Shown here: positions 22,341 to 35,499 of the stretch, one piece after another
Layout of the letters: every line of letters starts with the position of its first letter
Numbering within the stretch: the stretch's first letter is position 1
Assembly (NCBI RefSeq): GCF_018350175.1
Contig: NC_058368.1
Location: forward strand, 57,228,001-57,292,000
Source: Felis catus
Taxonomy: Eukaryota
Length of the DNA stretch: 64,000 nt
Direction: 5' to 3'
Notes under the pieces: model-generated
Told to the model about the DNA's origin: nothing
Database searches by the model: none
The model's input: the letters and a program-made list of their open reading frames with translations, nothing else
Position numbers and translations under genes: made by a program

Positions 22341-24232
22341 AATAATGGGCAATTTCTATTCTTCTATGTCATTATAATAAATATTTTCTGCCTGCCTTTC
22401 TTATCTTTTTAGTTTACTCCTCCTCTTTTCAGTATATTACAGCTTGAAATTATCATGCTAAAAAATCCATTGACTGGCCTAAGAAATATATCTGCAAAGA
22501 TTATTTCAAATATAATGAAAAATTTTAGATAAAAAAACTTACTAGTTAAAAAGCTATGTTAAAAATGATTGTGTTAGATACTAAATTTGCATTTTAAAAC
22601 TCATACAGTAAATCGTTGTTTTCTTAAATTTTTTTTTTTTACATAATAGGTTTTAATTAAAGGGGCAAATTTAGCAAAAGTTTATTTCACAGTAAGTTTC
22701 TAAAATGCCTTTGTGCACAGCCATGGATTTTTATATATCACTATAATTGACTTCACATTGCTTGATTTTAGTTTGGATTTAGTTTAATTGGTTAGCTTAT
22801 TTGTTAGTTTATGAATTTCACTACTTTGAATTATTTGTTAGCATACAACCTGCAGAAAAATAATTGTTTTTGAAGAATATGGCTTCCACAAATTATAAAT
22901 ATTGTTACCTTAACTTAAAAACTAAGTGGAAAGAAGAATTAAAACAAATACACAGTAAAAATTTCATTATACTTTAATGCTTTTCATCTTTGGAACTGTT
23001 TAAGAAGAGATATTATTTTAATATGCTCTTCCATAATTTTTACTAGTTTGATTTGAAAATATTTTATTGATAGTTATTAAATATTCTACCCCTTTTGAAG
23101 TTGGAAATAAATATATTAGAACACAAGACATTAAAAACCTGTAACTTTTCTCATACTTTTAATCCTTCATATACTTATTTTAATCTAGAAATAATTATAA
23201 TCATATTTGAAATTGTCATAACTGTATTTCAGTTCTCTTATATTAAAAGAACATCATTAAGGAATTCTCTAGAAGATGTTTACTTACTGAAGTATTAATA
23301 CTATTTTATTTGTAATTTTCCAGTTCAGCAAAATTTTGCCTTTTGCTTGATAAATTTAGTTTTAGGTAAACCAGTATGTGGTTTACCTAAACCCTAAATG
23401 TGGTTACATTAAACCCTAAATGACTAGGTTTATACCATTGTTTCTTAAACTTTTAATTTTTTCCATTATCATTTCCCATACCAAGAGCTTTTTTAGACTT
23501 CTTTTTCCCCTATTCCTGCTCCCCTAAAATGTTCATAAAAGATATACTATATATCATGTATGTCCTACATGTCTACAACTACTGCAATATCTAATATTCT
23601 GCCATTTCAAACCAATTTCCCCCCTTGTGGGTGATCATTGCCACTGAAAATGGATGGTCTGTTCCCAGATTTTTACCATTAGTTTAGTAACATATTTATA
23701 ATTCCTGGTATTCCTGAAGGAAGATTTGCTGAAATAGTCACTACAGGCACACAAAATATGTTAATAGCATTAGGAGATAGCACATAACATTTTGTCTCTG
23801 AGGTGGTCTTGAAAAATCAAAATCAAATGTCATATCTCAGTGAAATGTTTCTAAGGGAAATCAACTGGATGCAAAATCTGGTTTCCATAAATTATAGTTT
23901 GCTTCACAGTACTTAAACATCTGCAGGCATGTCAATCAAAACACATGTTGAAATTGCTCTCCCAGTCTAGGTAAAAAACAGATTTTTTTTTCTTTTTTCA
24001 TTTTAGTCTTATTACAACTAGTATCAGCACACATGTTTTGGGCAAATGGTTTGTTGCACTACTCTTCTCTGCTGTCAGTGTTAATCATCCAGTGTCAAGT
24101 GTGATGCTTTGGCCATCCTCAAGGATGGAAAAACCACTACCCTGGAATGTGACTCTCTTCCTCAACAATGGGAGGAAAAGGAGGGTAGTAAACCAAAGGC
24201 AGAATAAATAGCCTTGTTTTCAAATCTATTTT

Positions 24233-24279
24233 ATTTTATTCTATTCATTTTTGAGAGAGAGAGACAGAAAGACAGAGAA

Positions 24280-24336
<57 letters not shown>

Positions 24337-24353
24337 AGAGGGAGAGGGAGAGG

Positions 24354-24411
<58 letters not shown>

Positions 24412-24531
24412 GAAGCAGGCTCCATGCTCAGTGGGAAGCTCATGCAGGGCTTGATCTAAAGACCCTGGGATCATGACCTGAGCCAAGATCAAGAGGTAGG
24501 CATTCAACCAGTTGAGCCATCCAGGAGCTCT
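24233..24531 (-). mobile_element. Older CanSINE with greatly expanded (GA)n tract
   Basis: SINE head at ~24410-24531 and a ~155-bp purine tract. TSD aaatctatttt (24222-24232 / 24533-24543). Confidence 0.85.
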
Positions 24532-27076
24532 TAAATCTATTTTTCAAAGGCAGCCAGATAAAGCACAAAACCATGGATAGCAGTAGGATATGTAATTGGC
24601 TGGCTTCTATTTTGCATTGTAAGACAGAATAAAATATTTACATTATCAACATACATGACTATTATTTAGTAAATGGTCATCAAATCATTTTATTTTACAT
24701 ATTTAAAATTCTTCAAGACTTAAAAATATAAACAAGTTAGAGGTTTTTCTTAATATGTTATCATTTCACTCTGATCTTTGGCTCTGGATTCTTTTCATTT
24801 TGTTTCTGAAGCAATGCAGTAGTCTACAATTGGTATTATCTACAATATAAATATTAGATTCTCAGATTTGGTAATGATGGAAGCATTTTGCTTCATGAAA
24901 ATCAAAATCCAATAACACAGTACAGAATCAAAAGGGGTTTCACCAAAATTCTAGTTATTCTCCCAGGATAACACATCTATTCAGATTTGAATTTTCACAC
25001 ATTAGCTACATACTCCCAGTGGATCTATTATTGAACAAAATAATTGTTGCAGTTCAGTGCCCAGGAAGAGTAAACATACTTCTAATGCACTTTTTAAATT
25101 TCCCATGTGTGTATATCAAATATGATAATGTGGAAGAGCTTGCTATATTTCAAAGTACCATAAAAATGGGATCCACTTTGGCTAGATTTTTAACTCCTTG
25201 AAAAAAAGGGATTGTGTCATGTTTATCTTTGTATCTCCAGCATCTGGCAGAGGGCCTGGCACAGTGCAGCTGCACAGAATTAAGCAATTAATTAATAGCA
25301 TGTCTGGTTCCACAAAGGATTTGTGGTAGTTTACAGAAAATATATACAATAAAATAGCAAAGTATAGACATATTCTTAGGGAGAAAATGAGATGGAAAAG
25401 GCCATCAGGACCTAACCTGCAGAACTGTAAGGTCCTCAGAGCCATTTTAATTTGGTTATGCATTTGCTCCTGAGTATTATGGTGTCCAAAACAAAATGGG
25501 TAATAATACTTTTGCTAGTTTGTAAGGGTGTGCTTATAGGTAAACTATTTTCCTCTCTGTACAATTACTTATGGGATGTCAAACTCATTGAATTGTTATT
25601 TTTTTTTCTTTCCACACTTAACCAGTATGGATAGCATAATAAAAATAATGTTGTACTTATATATTATTAATCACCATAGCTCTTGCTCTGTTCTTTTAAC
25701 TAAGCATTTCTAACTTTCTAATAGTCTACTTACATTTATAAATCTGTGCACTGAGTGCAAGGTATTTTTCAATATCCTTTAGTGGATGGCCAAATTTTGA
25801 AAGTAAATACTATATTGGGAGTTACTTTGTGATATGGGGACAAAACTGAAGTTCCCTTAAGAAAACCACATTTTTTTTCACAAGTACTAAATTTAAGTAC
25901 TGAATTTTCAATGTAGGTTTTCATACAGAAGACATTGAGAAATGGTGATATTATGGATGACATAATAACTCCTTAGAGCATATACAGGAATGAGTTTTTA
26001 AAGCTGTTCCTGTAATACCTTTTGGTGAAATAACAATATGGCACTCAAATAACTTGATAGGATGCCAAGACCAAATAATCTATGTACAAACTACTTGATT
26101 GCATGGCCTAATCCATGTTTAAATCCTTAATTGTCTGCAAAGATAAATGGACTCTGTATGCTTCATAAACTCCTTCCAAGTAACATTATAGTATCTGTCA
26201 GTCTGCTTTTTGTAAAAGGTTAAGAAGCTTAAAAAATGCTCATAACTATTTGTGCCATGAATGATGATAAATTTGAATTATTTCAAGAGCTGGGTGAAAA
26301 ACACAAATGCCAACGCCTTCAGAAATAATACTTTAGAGGCAATATTTATCTTCTTATGTGAAACAATGTTTTGATGTGAACCATTTTATTTCTTATCATT
26401 GTATATGCTGAAGTATGCATATGCAGTAAAACATAAGTGGGAGCGAGAAGAAAAGGAGAAAGGGGAATTTTCTAATATTAGCCAAGTACTGATCTCCATT
26501 ATTCCTTTTCTTCTTATACATTTTAAAATATTTGTATGTGTTAAATTGAAAAGGTGGTATGAACAGAAAAGTAGTTTTCGATATTAGCCAACTATTGAAC
26601 TGTGAAGTATAAAAAACACTATCAAATTAAATTAAAAATGCTAAAAGTTATTTTAAAAAATGCAAAAAACAAAAGAGGTGGAAGAGAATTGAGATCCTAA
26701 AGAAAACTAATTAATGCTCAAAGGTCAATTTAATCACTACATTTTACGGCTCGAAAAATAAAAGATGCACAACTTACTTGATCAGTTGTTAAATATTTGT
26801 TCTACCCATTTTCATGTCTATACTCTGAAGATTAAAGGAAGGGATGAACACAAAGGCATGTTGTTAACTGTAAATCATTGTGCCTTAGTTATCTAAGTGA
26901 CCATTATTTTACTCACTTTTCACTGTTGGCAAAATATTTTAAAATGTCTAACTATGTAAAGTTGCTGAGCAAAGCCCAGGTTCATATCTAAGAAACTTTA
27001 CTAGATTCTCCAAAACTGTGTATTTTATCATAGAGGACTGATGATTGTTGAGATTATGATGGAAGTGCAATGACTA

Positions 27077-27291
27077 GGGGCACCTGGGTGGTTCAGTCAG
27101 TCAAGCGCCTGACCCTTGATTTTGGCTCAGGTCATGATCTGATGGTTTGTGAGATCGAGCCCCATGTTGAGTCCCACTTTGGCAATGCAGAGCCTGCTTG
27201 GGATTCTCTCTCTCTGTCTCTCTCTACCCCTCCCCCACATATGCTCTCTTTCTCTCTCCCAAAATAAATAAACTTTTCAAAAAAGAAAATA
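27077..27291 (+). mobile_element. CanSINE inserted into an old L1 3' end
   Basis: ggggcacctgggtggttcagtc head. TSD caatgacta (27068-27076 / 27292-27300). Confidence 0.9.
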
Positions 27292-27570
27292 CAATGACTA
27301 TAGTTAACAATAAGGTATTATGCACTTAAAAATTTGTTGAGAGTAGATCTTATGTTAAGTGTTCTTAGCCTCCCCTCCCCAACATAAACAGAAACAAAAG
27401 GGACACAAGGAAGCTTTTGGAGATAATGGATATAGTTATTATCCTCTTTATCTGATTGTGGTGAGGGTAACATTAATGCATAGATATGTCCAAACTGATC
27501 AAATTGTATAAAGTATGTGTCATTTTTTTGTATACTGATTATATTTCAATAAATCTGGGAAAACATGTTA
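27292..27570 (+). mobile_element. L1 (L1MB-like) 3' UTR fragment
   Basis: gactatagttaacaataa...gagagtagatcttatgttaagtgttctta...ggaagcttttggagataatgga...tcaataaa. Confidence 0.7.
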
Positions 27571-27924
27571 AAAGAGTATCAAAAGCCAAACATGAGACCC
27601 ATAGAAAAGCTTGCAAAACAACAGTTCCTTTTTTTAAATTCTTACTCCCCAATAAATCTAAGTGTAAACTTACTAGAATCCATCCATATACCATATTTCC
27701 ATTCTGTCTCATGATAGTCTAGCTTATATTATAGGTATGTCCTATCTATCATTATAAATTGTAAGCTGAATTTATGTGTGTATGTATATGTCTATATATG
27801 TAAGTGTACATATATGCATATATACAAATTCCACAGCTCACAATAATCATATGGTTGATATGATGGTATGAATGGCAATCATAAAATTTATTCAGTAATT
27901 TATTTCCTGAAAGTTATACTTTTT

Positions 27925-28003
27925 CTTTGAGCAAAGAGATAGAGTTTATTGAGCCAAAGTACAAAGCTCTCAAGAGTAAGAAGGGTCCCGACTGGGTTGC
28001 CCA
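27925..28003 (-). mobile_element. Short TSD-flanked retrocopy resembling an ERV LTR R region
   Basis: Minus strand GGGCAACCCAGTCGGGACCCTTCTTACTCTTGAGAGCTTTGTACTTTGGCTCAATAAACTCTATCTCTTTGCTCAAAG-AAAAA, flanked by the 15-bp direct repeat aaagttatacttttt (27910-27924 / 28004-28018). Confidence 0.7.
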
Positions 28004-29663
28004 AAAGTTATACTTTTTTAGGTACATACTATCATATGATAAACATGCCACTGCACCCTAAAGACCAGCTCATCAGATAAAAACAACAGTACCATTAGAG
28101 TAGTATCATGGCAAGAAACTTAACAAAACAAAAGAAACAGAAAAATAAGATATTGGCAAAACTCTTCATATCTGAGAATGCTAAGGGGAAAAGTGAGTCC
28201 TGGGAAGTGTATCCACTTACATCCTTGTCCTTTAAATTCTGATTTCATGCTCATCAAACCACCTTCTGACTGTCCTATGTCTTCCCCAGACATTCCCATG
28301 GGAAACAGCACTGAACACAGTAGATACCATATATTTTTAAAAAACAACAACAAAAAAAATGACAATTACAATTTAAGATTAACTCCTCTGAACTATTTCA
28401 CTTTATATCTTTCCTGCTTACTTGATATCTACACATTACAAGTTTCCTTAGATTAGAATTATTTCACCTCACATTTTATTTTTCTTTAGTTTGTAAAATA
28501 TCTGTGCCTGATTTTCTTGCCTAGGTTATAGATGCTTTGAAATAGAACTATGCTTTATCCTCACTCATATTGAGGTCACAATACATATTTATTCTTTGAT
28601 TTTTCACGATAAAAATAAAAACAACATCCAATTTATAATTCTATGTGTCAAATATGAGATAACATTGTTAATGTATTTTTTCTTTAGTGGCTCAGAATAT
28701 AGAACAAATTTATAATTTCTGAACCTCAGCATCTGGAATATGTGTTTAAATTTCAAATTATACTATCAATTAAACATATATGGAAATCACTTTTTAAAAC
28801 AAAAACTAAGAGGATACCATGTGAGGCACACATGCTCTGAACTAGTCAGCATCCAATGGAATATTTTCAGTTGAAAGAATGTTTCCACATATAATATTAG
28901 CATTGAAGTGACTAGAAACATAGAGTATCTCACTGAAAAGGCTAAGAATTTTAAGATTCCATTTCAGGTTTCTAGAACCATTTCTATTTTTTCAGAGTTA
29001 AAACTCCAATAAAGCATGTTGGAACTCATACAGGTTTTTCCATGCCTTCCTCCTCATTCCACCTGCCCTTTCTTCATTACTATTATTCTAGCTAATAACT
29101 TGCATTTCTGTTAAGGTGTGTAACTTAAGAAAAAATCCACTAATGTGTACAATGAATTCCTAAACAATCATCAAGTCAATAAAATGATGCATTTCCAAGA
29201 TTTCTTATATTTATATCATTTCATTTTCACTCTGAGTCAGTATCAAATAAATATTTGTTAAAACAATGCAGTATCTGCTCAATAAATATTGTTGATTCAG
29301 CTGCTAACATGTTTATAGTCCATCAAAATATATTTCTATTTAGCTTTAGTATATTGAAATTAAAAAAATAAATAAATTCAACAGATTCTCTTCTGACCGT
29401 ACCTTCAATTAGATACCAGAACATGCTATTACATTTACCCACCTAAATATATCACAAAAGATATTTTAAGCTGTTTGATACTTTAAACAAATTATGAAAA
29501 TAGACAATAAATTAGAAAAAAATATATGCTGCATAGAACAATTGTAACTTAGTGATAACTAATAAGAGTGTGCATCCTCTTAGTTCTCAGTTACAGGTGT
29601 ATTTATATCTTTTCAGGTGGTTCCTAAAATTCTGCAGGCCTGTGACTTAGATATGTGTGTGTG

Positions 29664-29666
<3 letters not shown>

Positions 29667-29710
<44 letters not shown>
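29667..29710. repeat. (CA)n microsatellite
   Basis: Direct reading of the sequence. Confidence 0.9.
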
Positions 29711-29712
<2 letters not shown>

Positions 29713-30747
29713 ATATATGTATATGTACATATATTATATGAAGAATGAATGAATGAATAGATACAAGAGCTACTGTGATTTAGAAAACAGTGATGATACT
29801 GTGATTGTTTTGATGAAAAGTACAGTTGTTTTGTCTTGGAATACTTCCTTTGGGATTGAAGAGCTGCACTTTGGATTTTGTAATGACTTGTAGTTTGCAT
29901 AGAACAGTACCTCTTTTTAAAATTAGGCTGAATCTTTTGCTGCCCTCACCAGGATACCACAGCACATGCAACTCTTAATTTCATTGAGAAGAATTTTGAA
30001 TATCTGTTTAACAAATATTCATATTCTTCTGTGCATATACACATAAAATCTTACTGGAAGCCTTATTACACATATAATATTTTTGTTCATTCATTTGTTC
30101 ATTCACTCATTCATTCAACTTTAAAACTAAGGCACTAGCAATATCAAAAAAAGCCAATTGAAAACTAGCCGAAATTACTAGCAATGAGAAGGGAAATTTT
30201 GGTTTTATAGTAATTTATAAGCATAGGATTAAAATAATAAGCTTATATTGTGTACACTAATACAATAATATTATCACGTACAATTAAGATATAGACTATA
30301 AGACATGAATTTATTTCAGTAGCAACATAATAATAGGTCCATAGTTTGTATAAAATTATAATTGTTTAAATACAAGGAAAAATATCCCCTTGTCAGGTGA
30401 AAAAAAGTCATCTTTTGGTGGCAAAAGCATGCCTCTGATGAAAGCCAGGGAGAATGGTTGAGGCAAGCAAAGAAACCTTACAGAGCACTTCACTCTTCTA
30501 TAGGCCTTCAAAATATAATGGAATATACATTATAATCTACACACTTTTTTCCCTTCAAAGCCTCTCTTTCTTTGTCTTCCAAAAACATCACTGATAATTG
30601 TTTACTTCTTTATGTTGCATTTCTTTTTCATAAGAAAATTATACTGTTTTCTGAGCTCCTTAATATTTGAAGGTTAGCTTTATTAGTATAGAACGATCTA
30701 TATTTGTGAGCTATCATCAGCTATAATTCTTGAACAAAAACACTTCT

Positions 30748-31178
30748 AGACCTTGAGGGCAATATGCTAAGTAACAAGTCAGAGATAGACAAATAATGTA
30801 CGATATCACTTATATGTGGAATCTAAATAAACAGATCTCATAGAAAGAGTGGAATGGTGGTTCCCAGGGGCTTAGGGGTGGAGCAATTGGGCAGATTCCG
30901 TGAAATGGTACACACCTGTAGTTAGAAGGTGAATTAGTTTTGGAGATCTAATGCACAGCTTAGTGATTATAGTCAACAATACTATACTTCAAAGTTGGCA
31001 AGAGATCCTAAATGTTCTCACCACAAAAAAGAAATGATATTGATATGGCCTGTTAAACAATGCTACAGTGGTAATCACAGTTAAATACATAAGTGTATCA
31101 AATCAACAGGCAATACACCTTAAATTTAAGGTAAATTTACCTTAAAGATAAACTTACCTGATTATATCTCAATAAAGA
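30748..31178 (+). mobile_element. L1 3' end (L1MA-like)
   Basis: gaccttgagggcaatatgctaagt...atcacttatatgtggaatcta...ggagatctaatgcacagc...ttatatctcaataaag. Confidence 0.8.
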
Positions 31179-31459
31179 ATGTGGTGAGTATAAGGTACAA
31201 GAAAGGAAAGAAAAACTTTACTTGCCATTTTATGGCAACAAAGGACAATAGCTATCCTTCAGTTGCTTGCTTTTCAACTTTGATGAGTACAGAGTGGTAA
31301 AATCAGAGGTATTCCATGATTTCCCTGGTAGAGCTTTGGCTGCTTATAGCATCCCACAGTCCAGATTACAGAGATAAATAATGAAAACATTTGTCCTTTA
31401 CCTGAGAGTTTCTTCTGAAAATAAATATATATACATACATGCATACATATATATTAGGT

Positions 31460-31527
31460 AACTATGGTTAATAAATATGTATTATATTCTTGAAATTTGC
31501 TCAGAGAGTAGATCTTAAGTGTTCTCA

Positions 31528-31572
<45 letters not shown>

Positions 31573-31712
31573 GTGAGGTGATGGATATGTATTAGCTTCA
31601 TTATAGTAATCATTTCACAATGCATATGTATTTTAAAACATCACATTGTACACTTTAAATATATACAAATTATATTTGTCAATTTTAGCTCAATAAAGCT
31701 AGGGGGAAAGAT
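31460..31712 (+). mobile_element. L1 3' end fragment (L1MA-like) with internal (CA)n
   Basis: gaaatttgctcagagagtagatcttaagtgttctcacca(ca)n...gtgaggtgatggatatgt...ctcaataaagctagggggaaa. Confidence 0.8.
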
Positions 31713-32224
31713 AAAAGGAATAGTTTATGTCCAAAATTTGAGAAGATATAAGAAATGAAAACATTTTTTGAAAAATACATCTTTGAAACAAATTAAAGAT
31801 TATATTGTATATACTGTGTATAATGAGTATATGAGTTTTACTTCATTATTCATTTTAATATGTATCTATCTTGATTTTTTCCTCAGTGAATTCTCAAGAA
31901 AAACATATCACTTTTATTACTCTTTTCAAATGGTGCTTTTTTCTTTGTCAACTTTTTGTTTTTATTTTCTCCACTGAAACTTTGTTCTCTAATTTATTAA
32001 TTTCCTCTCTCATGTTAAGGTGCTTCTAACTTCTTTGGATTTATTTAGTCTTTTTTCCAGAACTCAGTTAGCTATTCTGCTCACTATTTTCATCTTTTTA
32101 TGCTCTTCTAATAGAAATACTAAATCCATAATTGTCTTCAATATATCCTTATCCATTGTCTTAATGTGTAGTATTTCCATTGACTTCCATATTTATGTGA
32201 TATAGAGAAGTTCATTTGGTGATA

Positions 32225-32225
32225 T

Positions 32226-32256
<31 letters not shown>

Positions 32257-32469
32257 GAGCAGGGCAGAGGGGCAGGGGTGGGGGGGGGTAGAGAGGGAGA
32301 CAGAGAGAGAGAGACAGAGAGAGACAGAGAGAGAGAGAAAGAGAATCCCAGTCAGGCTTCACATTCAACATGGAGCTGAACACAGGGCTTGATCCCATCA
32401 CTCTGGCATCATGACCTGAGCTGAGATCAGGATTCGGATGCTCAACCAACTAAGCCACCCAGGTGCCCC
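32225..32469 (-). mobile_element. Older CanSINE
   Basis: (ttta)n tail, GA-rich tract, head ending gccacccaggtgcccc. Imperfect TSD atttggtgata / atttagtgata. Confidence 0.88.
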
Positions 32470-32854
32470 TATTTAGTGATACTTGAAAGTGCATTTTAAA
32501 ATTTCTACACTATGTATTTGAAACTGATTTCCAAGTTAAATTGTATTGTGGTCAAGCATATGATCAGTTTCAATACCATACTTCACAAGTGTTAAGCAAT
32601 TGTAATACATATTAACTGTACTTTAAGAATAATGCATTTTCTCTAAACATTGGATGCTGCACACTCATGTTCCAATATTTTATATTCTATAATTTTGCCT
32701 ACTTGAACATCAAATATTTGATTCATGCATGTTTATGTCATATAATACAATGGATATTTTTTTCAAAATCTCATCAGAATTAGATTACTTTTTGCTCATA
32801 TGTTATATTATGAGACATTAATCCACTTTGTTTGATATTAAAATGAATAATCCT

Positions 32855-33076
32855 GGGGCGCCTGGGTGGCGCAGTCGGTTAAGCGTCCGACTTCAGCCAG
32901 GTCACGATCTCGCGGTCCGTGAGTTCAAGCCCCGCGTCAGGCTCTGGGCTGATGGCTCAGAGCCTGGAGCCTGTTTCCGATTCTGTGTCTCCCTCTCTCT
33001 CTGCCCCTCCCCCGTTCATGCTCTGTCTCTCTCTGTCCCCCCAAAAAAATAAATAAACGTTGAAAAAAATTTTTTT
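32855..33076 (+). mobile_element. Young felid CanSINE (SINEC_Fc)
   Basis: ggggcgcctgggtggcgcagtcggttaagcgtccgacttcagccagg... with perfect TSD aaatgaataatcct (32841-32854 / 33077-33090). Confidence 0.97.
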
Positions 33077-33578
33077 AAATGAATAATCCTTTTTCTTGGT
33101 ATTTGGAATATATATGGTGTCATCTTTACTATCATCTCTGATTTCTTATATACTAGTTAGGGCTTTTACAAATAGGGTATCACAGCCAAACTTTAGATAT
33201 TAACTGGCAAACATTGTTTTCATTCATCATCATTCCTGATATGTTTGGATTTATTTCTACCTACATATTTTTCCTCTTCCATTTGTCCTTTTTTTCATAG
33301 GCTTTTAATCTTTTCTTGCCTTATTCTGATAGGACTTTTTTCTCTTATTTCAACTTCCATCTACTCTTTTAGATTTTATGCATTCTATTTTTATAGTTTT
33401 AGTGGTTATGTTAGAAACTTTATCATGCATATTTAAGTCAATGAGGTTAAGAATCTAAACTTAAGTTATTTAATTATCTTTATCCTTAACAATGCAAAAG
33501 CTTTGGAAGACATTAATTCCATCACTCTTTACAAATTATGCACTACTATACTTTAGTTTAATAAGATAATTTTTCTTT

Positions 33579-33790
33579 GGGGTGCCTGGGTAGCTCAGTC
33601 GATTGAGTGTCCAACTCTTGATTTCAGCTCAGGCCATGATCTCATTGTTCATGGGATGGAGCCCTGTGTCTGTCTCTGCACTGACAGTGTGGAGCCTACT
33701 TGGGATTCTCTCTCTTTCTTACTCTCTCTCTGTACCCCTCCCCAACTTGTGCTCTCCTTCTCTCTCAAAATAAATAAACACTTTTCTAAA
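33579..33790 (+). mobile_element. Older CanSINE
   Basis: ggggtgcctgggtagctcagtc head, (CT)n and aaaataaataaac tail. Confidence 0.9.
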
Positions 33791-34406
33791 AAGATTATTT
33801 TTTTTTACTTTTTTTGTTTCTCTGATTTACTCATATATATTCAATTTCTTGCTTATATTCTTTATTTTACTTCAGTCCTTTCTTCTGAGATCTTTTTTTT
33901 TGTCAGATCTATAAAGCTATAATTTCTTTGATCTCAAGCTACTTCACTGTTTATGATATGTGACTCAAATATAACTCTCATTAATTGGTATGGAAACTCG
34001 CTAGTGAAGGTTTAGAATCCACCCTTTGTCTTTCAAAATCTTTTGTCATTTACTCTTTTGGGCAGTTGTCAAGTCTATGCCTAGACACCTTTCTGAGAAA
34101 TTTCTGTTAGCTTTTATTTTCTTTGCTCTCTTTATCTAGAGTTCATATTTAGTGGTATATTGAATTTCTCATGAATTAGTCTCCCCTCATGTTATCCTTT
34201 TGTTCTACATCTTTAGTATGTATCTGGACTTTTCCAAGTTGTCAATTATTTTTTGTTTAATTTTAGAAATATTTTTGACTTTCAAGAACTTCCTACTTCC
34301 TATTTGCTTTTTATGTTATATGTTTCTTGTATTGTGAATGCAATATTCAAGTGAAATAGAGTTATTTGAAAATTATCTTCTTTTCCTCAGTCTGTTTCCT
34401 ATAGAG

Positions 34407-34536
34407 CAGTGGTCCTCCACTGGAGATGATCTAGTCTCCTTGGGACATTGACAATGTGTGAAGATATTCTTGGTTATCATGTTTCTACCATACATCATTT
34501 CCAAGATGTCAATAATGCCATGATTGAGAAACTCTG
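34407..34536 (+). mobile_element. MER20 (hAT-Charlie) with internal deletion
   Basis: cagtggtcctccac...gggacattgacaatgtgtgaagatatt...aagatgtcaataatgccatgattgagaaactctg, with 8-bp TSD-like ctatagag / ctttagat. Confidence 0.75.
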
Positions 34537-34552
34537 CTTTAGATTCACTTTT

Positions 34553-34761
34553 TTTTTTCAACGTTTATTTATTTTTGGGACAGAGAGAGACAGAGCATGA
34601 ACGGGGGAGGGGCAGAGAGAGAGGGAGACACAGAATCGGAAACAGGCTCCAGGCTCTGAGCCATCAGCCCAGAGCCTGACTCGGGGCTCAAACTCAAAGA
34701 CCGAGAGATCGTGACCTGGCTGAAGTCGGACGCCCAACCGACTGCGCCACCCAGGCGCCCC
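34553..34761 (-). mobile_element. Young felid CanSINE (SINEC_Fc)
   Basis: Consensus-like body. Perfect TSD tagattcactttt (34540-34552 / 34762-34774). Confidence 0.97.
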
Positions 34762-35499
34762 TAGATTCACTTTTAAAGTGAATCTTTCATTGTTCTACTG
34801 ATCCTAGAATATCCTTTAATGTTTAAAAATGAGACAAAATTTGGTTTGGAATTTGTGTGATTTTGTCAGTGGTAAGCTTTGTCAAAGGATGAGTAGAACA
34901 AAATCAAGAATTTATACTTGGCATTCAATTGCTTAAGAAAAGAGCCCTTTAAATCTTTGCTTGAGTGCCTAACTTCCAGGCCTTTATGAAATGGTACAAG
35001 AGAAGAGGAGATAGAATATTATGCTCATATACAGAAGCCACAGGAAAATCCTCTCGTTTGAAAGCATACATCAATGTCATACTTTATTGTATGCAGGATT
35101 CTCAAGTTTCTACCTTCCCTAGGGTTCTCCTATGACAAGTCTTTGCTACTTCAGTGTTTCCATTTGTACTAGAAGCTCTGGCTATTGCTGTCCTATTTCA
35201 CCACCTGGCATTTCTTTATTTGCTCTCAGCATTCAGAATTTTGTTGAAATCTCTTTTCTGAAGATTGTACTTTACTCATCCTCTTGAAATTGTGAGTTTA
35301 TAATTTTAGGATTATAACATTCCACTTTCATGAGGATTTTGGATGTAAGGAAGATAGAAATGCAAAATGTACTGATCACTTGCAGTGGCCATTGAATAAT
35401 ATTTGCTTCTTTCACTTTTGGAATTGTTGAATCATTGGAAAATATTAAAAGCAATAATCCATTTTTCACCACAGTTTTGGTGATCTTATTAATATGCTT

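Noticed and set aside
24214..24507. RE/SL-repeat ORFs
   Set aside because: Translation of a (GA)n microsatellite inside a SINE.
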